Assembly (NCBI GenBank): GCA_046563655.1
Contig: CM102287.1
Span: 9,176,001-9,240,000 of the forward strand
Reading direction: 5' to 3'
Length of the DNA stretch: 64,000 nucleotides
Origin: Yuukianura sp. NJ FZ-2021
Taxonomy: Eukaryota
Position numbers and translations under genes: made by a program. This document shows positions 37,287 to 50,100 of the stretch, one piece after another (position 1 is the stretch's first letter; each line of letters begins with the position of its first letter). Below the pieces are notes generated by a model, which made no database searches, was not told the origin of the DNA, and saw only the letters and a list, made by a program, of their open reading frames with translations.

Positions 37287-38136
37287 TCGATAAAAAAAAC
37301 TGGGAACAAAATTTCGATGAAATTGAATATTGATCATATTGAAGTTGAACTTTTTGCAAATTTTGTACTGTGAATTTATTCAGAAATGTGTAACTTACTT
37401 TAATATATTGCAATAAATATAGTAGTTTGTATATTTTTGGAATTGAAGCGTTTAGTATTTATATTTTAAGTGCGGTTTAATAAAATTAAAACTTTTTAAA
37501 TTGAAAATTTACACTTGTAGTTTTCTTAAAACAGTTTTTGTGTTGAAGAAGTTGCTGATTTGTTTTTGTTTTGACTTTTTGTTGTTGTTGACCATGGTTA
37601 GGTTATTTTTATTTTGTGTCGATTGACCTCGTGTTCCATTCTGAGCAACGGTACAAGTCAATTGAGGAACGATGATTAAGATCCAATCTCCCTCCTGAAT
37701 TGAATTGAATCTTCATTGATCCAATTTTTTCAATGGTAATGAAGAGACGTGATCATCGCCCATGGAGTGACAGATCCTGTTATAGAATCAATTGATTCAA
37801 TTCAATTAATTGGATCTTCTTGGCATGTTGAAGCACTTGAGCACCCGACGGAAGGCATTGTCTGAACCCAAACAATCAACTTATATTTAGCACTGCAGGA
37901 TTAATGACATCTCACCAACAGTCACTCAACAAAAGTCACCAGATTAAAAGTTTACGGTATCAAAAATAATAGAGTTGCAGTTGCAGTTTAATTGAGTTGT
38001 TGAAATTTTTTACATTTCTGAAAATTTTCAAGGCTTTCGAACTTTTGCCGTTTCTCTTTTAGAAGGTCAGGTCAGAAGGTCACCAAAATTTCATTCATTT
38101 TGACAGTCACCTGCTTTTTGGAAGTGCATTGATTGG

Positions 38137-41100
38137 TTGAAGGGCACAAGTCCAGTTCCCATGGGGTCCCTTCAAGTACCCACAGTTCTCACACTCTGCT
38201 TTTCTACTTACTACGACAATTCATTCAAATTCAAACAGACTTTGGGCAGAGATGACGATGGAAGAGCCCTTAACGGAACCTCACACCAAAACAACCGAAA
38301 TGGAAATGAACACTTTCAGGACATTTTTAAAGGGCTCCATTTTGCTCCTTTTTCAAAAAAAATTTTTTTTAGAAAACTGTCCTTTTTGGATCCCTTGAGA
38401 AAGTAAGGCTCCACTTTTTTTCAGTTGTACCTTGTTCATTTGTTTGAAGCGAGGTCAAAGGGCCCTTAGCCCTTAGCATGTGTTTGTGGGAAATAACGGA
38501 CCCTTAAGCAGAATTGCTTTGAAATTTCACTCTCAGAAAAAGTGTCACAAGATTTGGGAAAATGATTCATTTTTTACCACTTTCTTCTTTTTAAATGGAA
38601 AACTGTCTAATCCAGATCCACAGACAAGGGTGGGGGCCTTCAAGGGCTCGCTCTGATCCTGTTACGCAAAAAATGGAAGGGGTGAAAGGGTTTCCTTGAA
38701 TTTTGAATTAAGAAATCCCGCTACGAATCCTTGAGAACGGAACAAATCCAACTAAAATTCATCTTTTTGAAAGGAAACACTCAAGTTTCCGTTTTTTCAA
38801 TTTCTGAAAAAAATTGAAATTTGAAGGGCCCAGTTGGTTGACATTGAAAAAGATTTTTTGAAAAAGAGAGCAACAACCTGGAGCCGAAGATTGTTGAATT
38901 TTGAGCGGTTGGATTTAAGCGGATTTGTTTAGTTTTTGGTGCGAAATGAATCCTATTATTTTTGGTTCAAAATTTGAATCCTTAGAAGCAGTGACACCCA
39001 AATGAGCATCTGGGGCCCTTAAGGGTCCCCACTGGAATCGAACCAGTTTTTGGAAAAACAAAACCCCTTTTTCCAGATTTTGGAAAAGTTTGAAAGATGG
39101 ATTTTGTTTAGTGAGATTAGTGAAGAGAGATGAGTGCTAAGAGAGTTGTATTTTGTTAATTTGGTGGTGAGTGTTGCGTCTGTTGGTGACAGGTCAAGGG
39201 TCACCGAGTGACAAATGGAAGAAGATGGGTACTTCAAGTCCACACTTTCTAAGGCTCCACTTTCACAACTAATTCTCCCTTCCAAAACATTTTTAACTGA
39301 ACACAGTGAAACATGAAACGCATTTTAAGCATTCTGGGGAGAAACACAAGCAAATCATCGACAGATTTTTAAAATTTTCTAATTTTGAAAAAAAAATTGG
39401 ATAACATGGGCTAAAAGTTGCGACGGGTCAACGAGGTCATTCACCTCTGTGAACCATCTCACTTAGTTGTTTTGTTGGAGTAATCTGTACTCCACTATGG
39501 GGGATGAACTTTCCCCGACATAATTTTGCATGGAATGAACCCATATCCAATGTATCCATGATTAATTTCAAAATTTCAAACTTAAACTAAACTAAACTTC
39601 AACTTCAAACTAAAATTTCAAAAAAATGAAATACACTTTTTCCCAAAATTTTTGTTTCCAATGTTTTTTGAAATTTTGTTTTCACTGACTTGTGCTGGGG
39701 AAAAGCAAAGTGCGTCTGGGAGTACTTAAGGCACCTGGTCCCTTCATTACCTCCACCGCACCATAAATCATCTTCATCACAACTTACCCAAATTTTTGTA
39801 GAGTGTACTAGGCACGAGAAGATGTTTTTCGGAGCGTACCCTTAAGTCCCCCTAACCCTTTACTTTTGTCTCAAGGGTTAACTTAACCCTCTCAGTAGGT
39901 TTAAGTTCGATTGAGCATAAAATTCATTCTTTTCCTGCGGTTTTTCCTGAGGTGTAAACAAGAGCAAACCACCCACCGCAAAAGCAACTTAATCTTCCAC
40001 CTTTGGTCATTCTAAGGGTCCCCCCGTCACTCTTCAAGGGTCCCCCCAAACAATGAAAACAAAACGCTTTTGCTGCTTCATATCTCAATACATCTTTCAA
40101 CAATTAACTTTCATCTGTACTTTTTCATTCTCAAAATTTCAGCTTGCCTCAACCTCACCTAACTGCTGGAGGCTTCTGTTTGAAAAAATTGAAATTTTGA
40201 AGGTCAAGGGTCAGATGTTGTGTAAATTGTTTTGTTGTTTTTTGGTTTCAAGAGCTGCTCAATTCACTTTTTAGTGATGGATTGATCTGGTTCTGGTGAA
40301 AATGGATCCCTTGAAGGCTCCTCTGTGAGGTCCCTTTGGTGCTGTTTATTTTTCCGATTGTTCTTCACTGTTGTTTTCTCAAGGGATCATCTTCCTATTG
40401 TTGTTGTATTGTTGAGTTGAGAGCATCAAATTATACACGCTTGAACTTGAGCTGACCTTTGGCTAAGATGAACGTGACCTCAGGTATGGAAGGTCAGATT
40501 CCTAGCCTGATTAGGAATTTCGAAAAATTTAAAAATTTGAAATATTTGAAAATTTTGAAATATTTTAAAAGTTCCAGAGAGGAATTTTGCACTTGAGCAC
40601 GTATGGAAATACCTGAGGAATTTTCAGAATTTTCTATTCTTTTTGAAATTTTTGAAAAATTTTGGCTAAATTGAATTTGAATGAGGGTCAAAATTTTTTG
40701 AGGAAGGTCAATTGGCTTGAAAGGTCAATTTTGTTCCGGTCTTTGTTCTGCCATGTTAGTTTTTGTTTAGTTTAGGTTAGTTTTTTCGTTGTTAAGGTTA
40801 TGTTAGGCTAGGCCCGGTGTGTGTGGGCGATTGGAGAGATGAAGATCTCGTCTAAAGTAGTAGTAAATGGGCGGAGTGGTGCGAAGAAGTCGTTTGGATC
40901 ACAGCGCAGGACGCCCAGCAGCGTTTCCGAACAACCGTAACATTCATCTTCCCTAAAATAGGCTATGGAAAAGGGGTAAAAGATCCGAATTTGATAAATA
41001 ATCAATTAAACTACACCAATTTTTCAATCCATTTGTCTCTAAGGGCTCAGGTCACTCAGAAGGTCATCAATTATCCAGGGCCCTTAGACTTCTAGCTGTC

Positions 41101-44100
41101 GAGCTACTAGGTGGCACATCTCACCTCCATGTTTTCAGTCAAAATCTAAGTTTTGTTCACTTATGAAAAAAATGTTGACCTTTGACCTCTATTTTGCTGA
41201 AAGTTGGTCTCAGTATGTAATTTTACACATGCGTTATTTTGATCTCCGATTTAGTCAAATTCGACTTTGTCTCCCACGACTTTTAGTAAAATTCGACTTT
41301 ACGTCAAGTTTGGCTTTTGAATTGAGAATTGGTGAAAACATTTTTTGAAGACATGGCCAAATCGTTTTGGTTTGAGAAATTGTTCAAAAAGTTTTTGACC
41401 TGCGCAACGTTTTTCAAAATTTGACTGCTGCAAAGCTGCATCTTTCGGCTCCAGTTTTTAATCAATTGGTTTCCGTAATTTATTGACGTGGGCGCACCGT
41501 TAAGCCGCAAGGCAGCTGCTGCAAGCTGCGCTTTCGCTTTTCTTGGTAGAACGATTGATTAAAAAGTGATTTCCACGTGTCATGGACCAATTGTTTTTGG
41601 GAGGAAGCAGCGGCAGGATTTGAATGTTGAGGGCCCTTAAGGGCTCTAACGGTTTCCTTGATTTCTCATTCATCTCTGTTAAGTTGTTGAGTTGGTTCCC
41701 TGGACAGTTGAATTAGACTTACACCCTTCACCGTTCCAGCTCCAACGTCCATCGATCAATGACAATGACTCGTCCACAAAGAAGACTTCACTAACCTAAT
41801 CTAACGTAACCTAACGTGGAGATGCTGTCATTGGACGAGCGCATGCGCAGACTGAAGCATCCATTCTCATTAGCACCCTTGTCTGATTAGGCTCTTCAGG
41901 AGATGAAGAGATAACTGCGCACAGTCACGCACGAAAACCATTTGTTTCTCCCTACTGCACTTTATGACGCGTCTCTTATGGGCGATTCGAATGCTAAATG
42001 TATCTTCAGCTGTTTCAAAATTCAAATAAATTTTCAAAATTTTGAAAAAAAAACGAACTTCGAAACTACAAAATTTAAATTTTGCAAACTCGAGGCTTTT
42101 ACCCAAGTGAAACTGAACAGCAGAGTGTATACTTTTAAATGGATTTTCCTGTTTTTGAGTGACTGTTGTTGAAGTTCATTTTAGGAATTAGAGCCAGTAA
42201 CCACCGTAACTATGAAGGTAACCATTTCCAATAGTAACCATCGTAACCATAACGTAACCATTTCGAACACCAGTTGCAAGTGGTTACCGAAATTAATTGG
42301 GTAGCTAAGTACAGGTGGGGTTACCTCAGTTGATGGTTACCTCCAATTAACTTTGTTAATGCTTCACACGAGTCCATATTGCTCATTACCCAAAAAGCCT
42401 TTAATTCTGCAGGGCCCTTCCAAGGGCTCCCTTTTAGTCCATAAATCAATCTTACTCTTACAGTAGTCGCGGCAGCCGGCGCTCCAGGGCCGTCACTTTT
42501 TCCACTTTTCAGAGAAAATTAAGGGCCCCCAAACCGAAATTTAGGAATGCCACAGAAAGTGGAATTCGGAAGAGCCCTTGACGCGTGGGCCCTTAAGCAG
42601 GTGAAGGCATAACGCAGACGTCAAATGTCAACTTTTTTGATCCTTTGACTTTGACAACTGAAATAGCAAAGGGTCACAGTTACATGACTAGAGCTGTTGC
42701 GTTTTTGTGTCACTTCCAGGTCATATGACTGGAGGGTACTTAAGGGCCCATGAAAATTTAGGTCACAATAACTAGATGATTAGAGTTAATGTTAGTAATT
42801 TGGCGTTTGAAGGTGTTGAGTGTAGCGCATCCTTATCACCGCAAGGTGTCAAAAGTCACACTTTTGTTTTTCAGATCAAATATTTGAAAGTGAATAAAAA
42901 TGGAAATGGGGGCCCTTAAGCCAGCTGAAACTGTTAATTTTTTATTGATGCAAAACAGATCCGCTTTTATCTTGCTGGGTGGGTACTTAAGGGCCCATTT
43001 GTTTTCCTAAATGCCTCCTCTTGGTCCACTTTTACTTGAACAATCAAAGTGAACATGACCATTTAAGTTTTTTTGAAAAGTAGAGCAGATGCTTCTTCGT
43101 GTACACTTTGATTAAGTCCCCCCGTCCTGAAACTCGAGATTTTTAAAAGTAAGAGTTAATGTTTACTCGGTTTTACTTTAGTTTTGGCCTAGAGACTTCC
43201 AAGGGCCCCTGGACGAGGAGCCCTTGAAGACTCATGGTCCGGAAGGTAAGTATGAGTACTTGTAGCTGGCTCCAAGGTCACTGGGAATCGATCCCACTAA
43301 GATTCAGAATTGTTGGGCCAAGTGCTTTGTCCCACTTCTGAGGGTCACAATTTTGAGTTCTTAAGGGCACGTGGGTACTTCGGAAAGCAGGTGAAGACTT
43401 TGAATGTTCTAGAACAGATTTTGGACAAGAATAGCATAGGTTTAGAATTCAAGATGAAGCGATTTAAAAATGATGTTCAGCGTTTGACATGTTATTTTCA
43501 AAAGTTGAAGCGTAGGTGAAATGGTCAAAAACAATTTGATCAAAAAGTGAAAAGCTCAAAAAGTCAACGATTTATAAATGGAAAAAATATTTCCATAAAA
43601 CAGGCGAAATATTTAAATATTAAATATTTTTAATCAAAAACCTCAAAATATTTACTTGAATTAAAAGCAAGGGCATGCAAAAATCAATAAATATTTAGTA
43701 ATAAAAAAGGACAAAATATATCCACATAGTGGGCTATGTTAGGCTACTTTCTTTTCATGTTTGGTCTTTTCACTTTTTGACCAAATTGTTGTTGACCATA
43801 TTACATAGAACCAAAATTTCTAAATGGAACTCATTGGAACACATTGCAAATTGTTGTTGAAACTGAGAGTGACAGAGCAGGAAATGGCGGGAACGGTGTG
43901 ATTTTGAACAGTTGAGGACGCCATGTTTGTTATGTTGAGAAAGTAATTGATTAATCACGGTGTTTTGTTTGTGTTGTTGAAGGGTTGTGTTTTGCATTTG
44001 AGTAATTCATAGCGTGACGTGGCAGTTTTAGTTTTCATTAGGAGTGACACGGGATGTGACCAAAGTGACATGGGATGTGGAGAAGTGACATGATGTGATG

Positions 44101-47100
44101 TAAGGTGGGACAAAGGGTGACATGAGCAGAATCATTAAAGGGGTGGGGCCTTCATCGCATCTTCCTAAGTGGCTTGTCACTCACGTCATTGTCACTTAAC
44201 ATGACTCACACAAAGCATTAGTTCTCCATTTAAAGGGGTTGTGAACAAAAAAAATTCTACTCAGTTTAAAAAAACTGAATTCTTTTCAAAACTTTCTTTT
44301 TCAAACTTTCATTTCGGAATGATTTCAGAAAATGTCGTGCTTCAGTCAAAAGAATCTGCAAAAATTTTGGAGAGGGAAATAACAAAATTTTGCGATTTTT
44401 ACGCTTGGTTGTGAATCTCCTCAGCGTTTTAGGTTATAAACCCAGTTAGCCTAATCTAACTAGGCTGAGAGTTAGGCTAGGTTAAGATTAGGTTAGGAAA
44501 ATGATGTTTTTGTGCATGTCTGAGCAGAAGGTTGAGATTTTTGATAAGCGTGGACCAAGATCTCAAGTGATAAGTGGCTTCACACCTTCAATAGCCACGA
44601 ACAGATCAGAATAGAAGATGTTTGATCTGTATCTGCTCACACAGAATGGCAAAACTGTCCGCCTTCTCTTCTCCGTTGACAAATTGGATCCTACAATTTT
44701 CAGGTCAAAGGTCACGTTCCATCTGTCGTACTTTCAAACCAAGATTTTGAAATTTCGCGGGAGGCAGATGCTAGATCAGGCTAAAGTGAACGAGATTTCA
44801 ATTTTGTACAGCATGAACAAAAATTTTCATCACAAAAATCGGTTTCGAAAAACAGAAATTTTGACCTTTGACCTTGACATTCCTGATCTTAGAGTTTTTT
44901 TTCACCTGTTTCAATAAAAGGTGCGGTCCAGAATCTAATCTTGGATTTCGGATTGAATTTTTCACCTGGAAGAAGCTTGCTGTGTAGGAGGATAAAAATT
45001 CCAAAGTTTTTTGAACAAACAGCGATTGATTCACAAAAGTTGTGGAAGTGACAAGGGGGGACTTAAAGGGTACCCAGAAGCATGACGAACTGGAACATCA
45101 CAAAGGGACATACAGATCATCCTCATCCTAAAGAAAGCCGAAACAATTTTTCAGCATTTTTTAGACAATTTCTAAAAAAGCTTTTAAAAACGTTCATTTT
45201 TCAATTTCAAATTCCGTTCAGGTTCTTTGCGTTTCCAATGATGCAAAACTAAGGGTACCTCGAGTGAAAGGGTTCCGACTCAAAATGGTGGAATTGGATT
45301 ATTGGAAGTTGGGTGCAAAGGGCTCATGGGCCCTTAAAATGAAAAACGAAGGAAAGAAAGGGTTTCCGTTTCTTGTGTAATCAAAAGCTGAAACGGATAT
45401 CTTCATTTGGTTTGTTGCGGTAAGCGGTAGAGCTAGCGGTATTTCTTGTTTGAAATTTAAAAAAAAAACAGGTTCAACAAATTTCCTTTTCAGTTAACCG
45501 CTAATTCTTTAGGAAGCGGAGATATTTTTTGAAAAGTGTTTGACCTTCCGCTTCTACGGTTTTTTAAATTTTAAAACACTTTAAAAAAAAGTTTTAGAAT
45601 TGATCCATCTGCGGTCTGTACAAACAAAACCGCGGAGCTTTTCAAAATCTTTAGAATTTAAATGCCGAAGAAATTTTGAAAGGAAGCGCAGGAGAACATG
45701 TTTTAAATATTCTCAGTTCTGACGTCGAAACTTGTGTTATATCATGGTACACGAGTTTTGTTTGATTTCTGACATTTTTTTCAGATTTTGAAAAAATTTT
45801 CAAAATTTTGAATTTTGGTTTGAGTGAAAGTAGCAAAAAGTGTTCGGCTTGTCTAAACAAACTGTACACTAGAAGCTACCCTCCCAAGAAGCGAATCGAA
45901 TCCGAAAATTTACAACCATAAAAACGGAAAAGGTCACCAAAAACTGCTCTTTTGAAATTTTCTGAAAATTTGGATTTTTTTTCGAAAATGGTGAAATTTC
46001 GTAACGACCTTAACAGGACAATGGTGTGGTACAGAAATAGAAAAACCTGTGTTGGGAAATGACAGATTGAAAATAGGCTTTACGAACCACAGTACGTAAA
46101 ACTCCCACCGCCCCACACGTGTCGTTCACACCGTGAAAATACCCGCCTACTTAAAACCATAAGGCTTAACACTGTTACTGCGTCCCATGAAAAATGAAAA
46201 TTGGACATTTCAAAAAGATTCCAAAATTTTGAGAAAAACATTTTCACTAAAAAAGGACTTTTCATTCAGTTTATGTGACTTTTGAAAGATTTAAGCCGGA
46301 ACTCCCCTACATTTTGTGCTTTACTGATTTTTTAAACAAAGTTTAGCTCGAACAATTTTTAAAATGACGCAACAATTTCACTTCTTTTTCAAAGCCGATT
46401 TGAAAACGACGCGTGTCGAAACTAACGTATGCCGCAGTTGCAACACATGAAGGGCTTACTTTTGTTTTCCACGCTGTCAAGTGACCTTTGTGTCACCTTT
46501 TGCTCTCATATGAGGTATCTTTTTGTATAAACATGATCTGAAGGGAATCACAGTGACAAGGACGAAGGGAACATTCTGATGACTTAAATCTCAATATTCC
46601 AAGTACCCCCTAGAATAAGGGGGGACTTGAAAATGAATGGAGACGAATGACCTTTGGCCAGGTGAAGTGACTCAATCACCCCACATCAACAACCCCTGCT
46701 CTCAAGGTCACCCATTGTCACTGTTAAGGGTCCCCCTTGGACAACTCCCTCATGTGACCCCTGTGCCAAAGTACCCCCTTCATGTGTCCATTTGAACACA
46801 ACAACAAAGAGCCGCTTCCTCCAAGCAACAAAGGAGGAAACCCGCTTTCTAGAAAACAAAGGCCGTGTTCAAATGAACGCAAAATGAGTTTCACGTGCTG
46901 CAAAGGGAGAAATTGTTTTTGAAAATCCAGGTGAATACAAACTCAATTGTGCTTGAGTCATATTATGAAACACAAACAAAGGTCAAGGCATTTGGATTCA
47001 ATTTTGCTCAAGAGGTCAGAGGTCAAACCATTCCAATTCTACTATGGTTTTATAAAAAAAAAAGTTATTACTTTATAAAAATAGTTATTTATAATTATAA

Positions 47101-50100
47101 TTATTATAAATTACTATTTTTATATTAAAAATAAACAACATGCAAATAAAACGTGAACAATAGTCAGGGTCAAGCTCAGGAAACTGTCGTTTAAGATTTG
47201 TGAATTTTTAGACGAAGCTTGGAAAATTTAATTGTCGTTGAAATAGTACATTGAAAACTCAAAACGAAAACCAAATTCTAGCGGTTTGTTTGACACGTTC
47301 AAAGATTTTGATTTGAGCTGAGAATGGACGGCTTATGAAAAGCAGCTTTATTTAATTTTCATTTTTTAAAACGTTTTTTTTAATAAAATCTGTTTGAACA
47401 AGAGCAACCTGATTTGAAAGAGCGGGAAGATTTAAGAAATGGTCTTTTGGCTTAACCTTTGCTTCTGTTTGCTCAGTAGAAGAGTTAAGGTCACAATTAA
47501 ATTCTGAGGATTTAAAATTCCCGCCATCAAAAGAAGCCTTCAAAAGATCCGAATTTGAATTTGGTCTTTGGAGCAACGATGTGATCTGCTTCCAGGTATG
47601 CAGATAGGGGATGATCGTGAGGATCCACTTCCTCCGAGTCTTTAGTCTTCTGCGCATGTGACATGAGTGGAGACTGATTAAGGGCCCATGACCCCTTTGA
47701 AACATGACACAATGAAGGGCACTCGTTTTCCATTGGGCAATGAGCATAAATCACAATGGGAAAATGATGAAAAAGGCTAATTTTGTATGCAGGACCATGA
47801 TCTGGAAGCTCCTAAACATTCAAACATAAAAATCAACAAAAGTAGAACACACCAAAGACTCAGAACAGGAAGCTTTTCCCACGAACTTCAAAATGGCAAA
47901 CCCTTTTGAATTTTCCCTCCGAGTGAGTCATAATTTTGAAAAAGTGGTCACTGCGGATATTACTGGTGGATTGGACGCACTAACGCTTACTCAAGGAACA
48001 AAATTTGTAAATAATGATTTTAAAATGAATTGGAACATGCGTTTCGACCTTGCGTTTCAATTTTCTACACTTTTCTAAATCACGACTGCGGAAGTTATAT
48101 TCAAAATTTTCATGAGCAACTTAAGAAAAAAATTTCTTATGAAATAAAATTTCGACGAAATGTTGAAGGAAGTTGTCCGAAAAATGAGAAAGCAAAAACC
48201 TGATTTGAAAAAATTCCATTTTTATGTAGGTAAGAATTATAAATAATTTGTGAATTATTCAGTAGTTCTTAGAAAATAAATTTAATACCCCAATTGTATA
48301 AATTATCCTAAATTTCGAAATTGCAGAATTCGGAAAACTGGTTTCTAAGATAAACATTTTCGATTTTTGTGTGATTCTCAAAAAAAATTCCTGCATTTGT
48401 TACTCACTTCACTCATGCATCCGAAATTTCAAATTTTCAATCTGTAGAATTATAGGATCCTTGCACGAGATTGATCTGTAAATTTGCAGTTTTATTATTT
48501 AAAAAAATTTGAATAAAAAGTGACAAGTTGACAAATTGCACAACTGACTCCAAATTTTTGGAATAAAAAGTTTCTAATGCTCATTGCATTCTCACTGAAA
48601 GAAAAAGTTGAAATGAAGGGCCCATTGTCCCTTAAAGGAACAGATCAGCCCAGGTTCAAATTTCTGATTTGTAGCCATTTGATATTAAAGGTAATTCGAG
48701 TCAGTTTCAATTTCAAATTCAAATCTAACAATCGAAAAGCAATTTGAAATCAATTCGCCAATCAGAAACTTTGTTACAAAAGTTTTTTTTAAAGTTTCAT
48801 AACTTTTTGGAAACACATGTCCCCTTAAGGGCGACCTAGGGATGGGCCCTTGTAGTTTATGATCTGAAACTGGAAAAGGAACCTGGTCACCAGAAGTCAC
48901 TATCACGCCCCCTCATCATTGTAATTGCACGAGCTGAAAAGTTAAGCTCCAATTTTCAAAATTTTAAAATTTCCAAATTCCATTTCCAATTGGATTGGGC
49001 CTTAAGTACGTGCCTCTTCAATTAAAAGCCTAATTAAACAGGAAGGGGGCGGGGGCCCTTGACCTTAATTAAGAGAAAAACAATCATCATTGACCCCTTA
49101 AGTGGGTGTCACTTCCACTTCCAATAAATCAATCACTAACACCTTCCACTTTCTTCTCTTCCTTTCCTCCAATTACACGTGCGATGTAAAATGCTTTTCA
49201 ATTCAAGAATCAAATTACACTCGAAACATTACAGCGGATAGTGCTGCCCCTAGACAACGTGGAAACTGGTACTGCGTCAAATTTTTAGTCTCTTTTTTTA
49301 AGAAAAAGTTTCACCGACATCAATTTGTGATATGCGACCTCTGACACTCTAGTTGACCTAGGTCAACATTCTTGAAATTATGAAAACCACAGGACGGGGT
49401 TAAAAATCAACTACAGACAGATCTCATCTGATTCAAATCATCCCTTCATCCCCTTGTTCTCTCTCATCGTTCAAATCATAATTTATGCACAACACAACAA
49501 TTGATATGTGAGCATACATGTGTACTCGGGATCAAATTGAATTTAGACCCCTTAAGGGCCCTCCTCTGTCGATGTCACGCACCTCTGCACTTGATGCATC
49601 TCACACATTGGACATTTAAACCAAATCTCACTCGGATCTTCATCACAACAAAAACTAAGCAAAGGAGGAACACAAATTATGAATTCAGAAATGTATCTTT
49701 CATCTCCCTTCAAGGAACACAGAAGCGCCAAAGGAAAACTACTTTTGGAAAAATCTACTTCCAAAACACATCCTCATTTTAATATTTCAAATTTTAATTC
49801 TAAAAAGTTCATTTTTTGTGTTTAAAATTCCATTTGTTGAGACTCACCCCTTCGTTCCAAGAAGAAAGAAAACTGGAAATGGAAATCTCTATTCTTATTC
49901 TTCCGGGTTTTTTGCCAAGTGCCCTTTCACCCTTCGCAGGAAAAAATTCGTGTTTTGGTTTCAGAATTTACACAAGGAGGGCCCTTAAAAGTGGATTTCA
50001 ATTCAAATGTTTAGAAAATCTAAAACAGAAATTATGCACAAGAAAATCCAGTTTGAGCACAGTGGATTCAGCACCTTCCGCATTTAAATTACTCCGCTTT

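Noticed and set aside
44044..44125. GTGACA-rich short repeats
   Set aside because: Degenerate, short and without boundaries; treated as ordinary low-complexity sequence.
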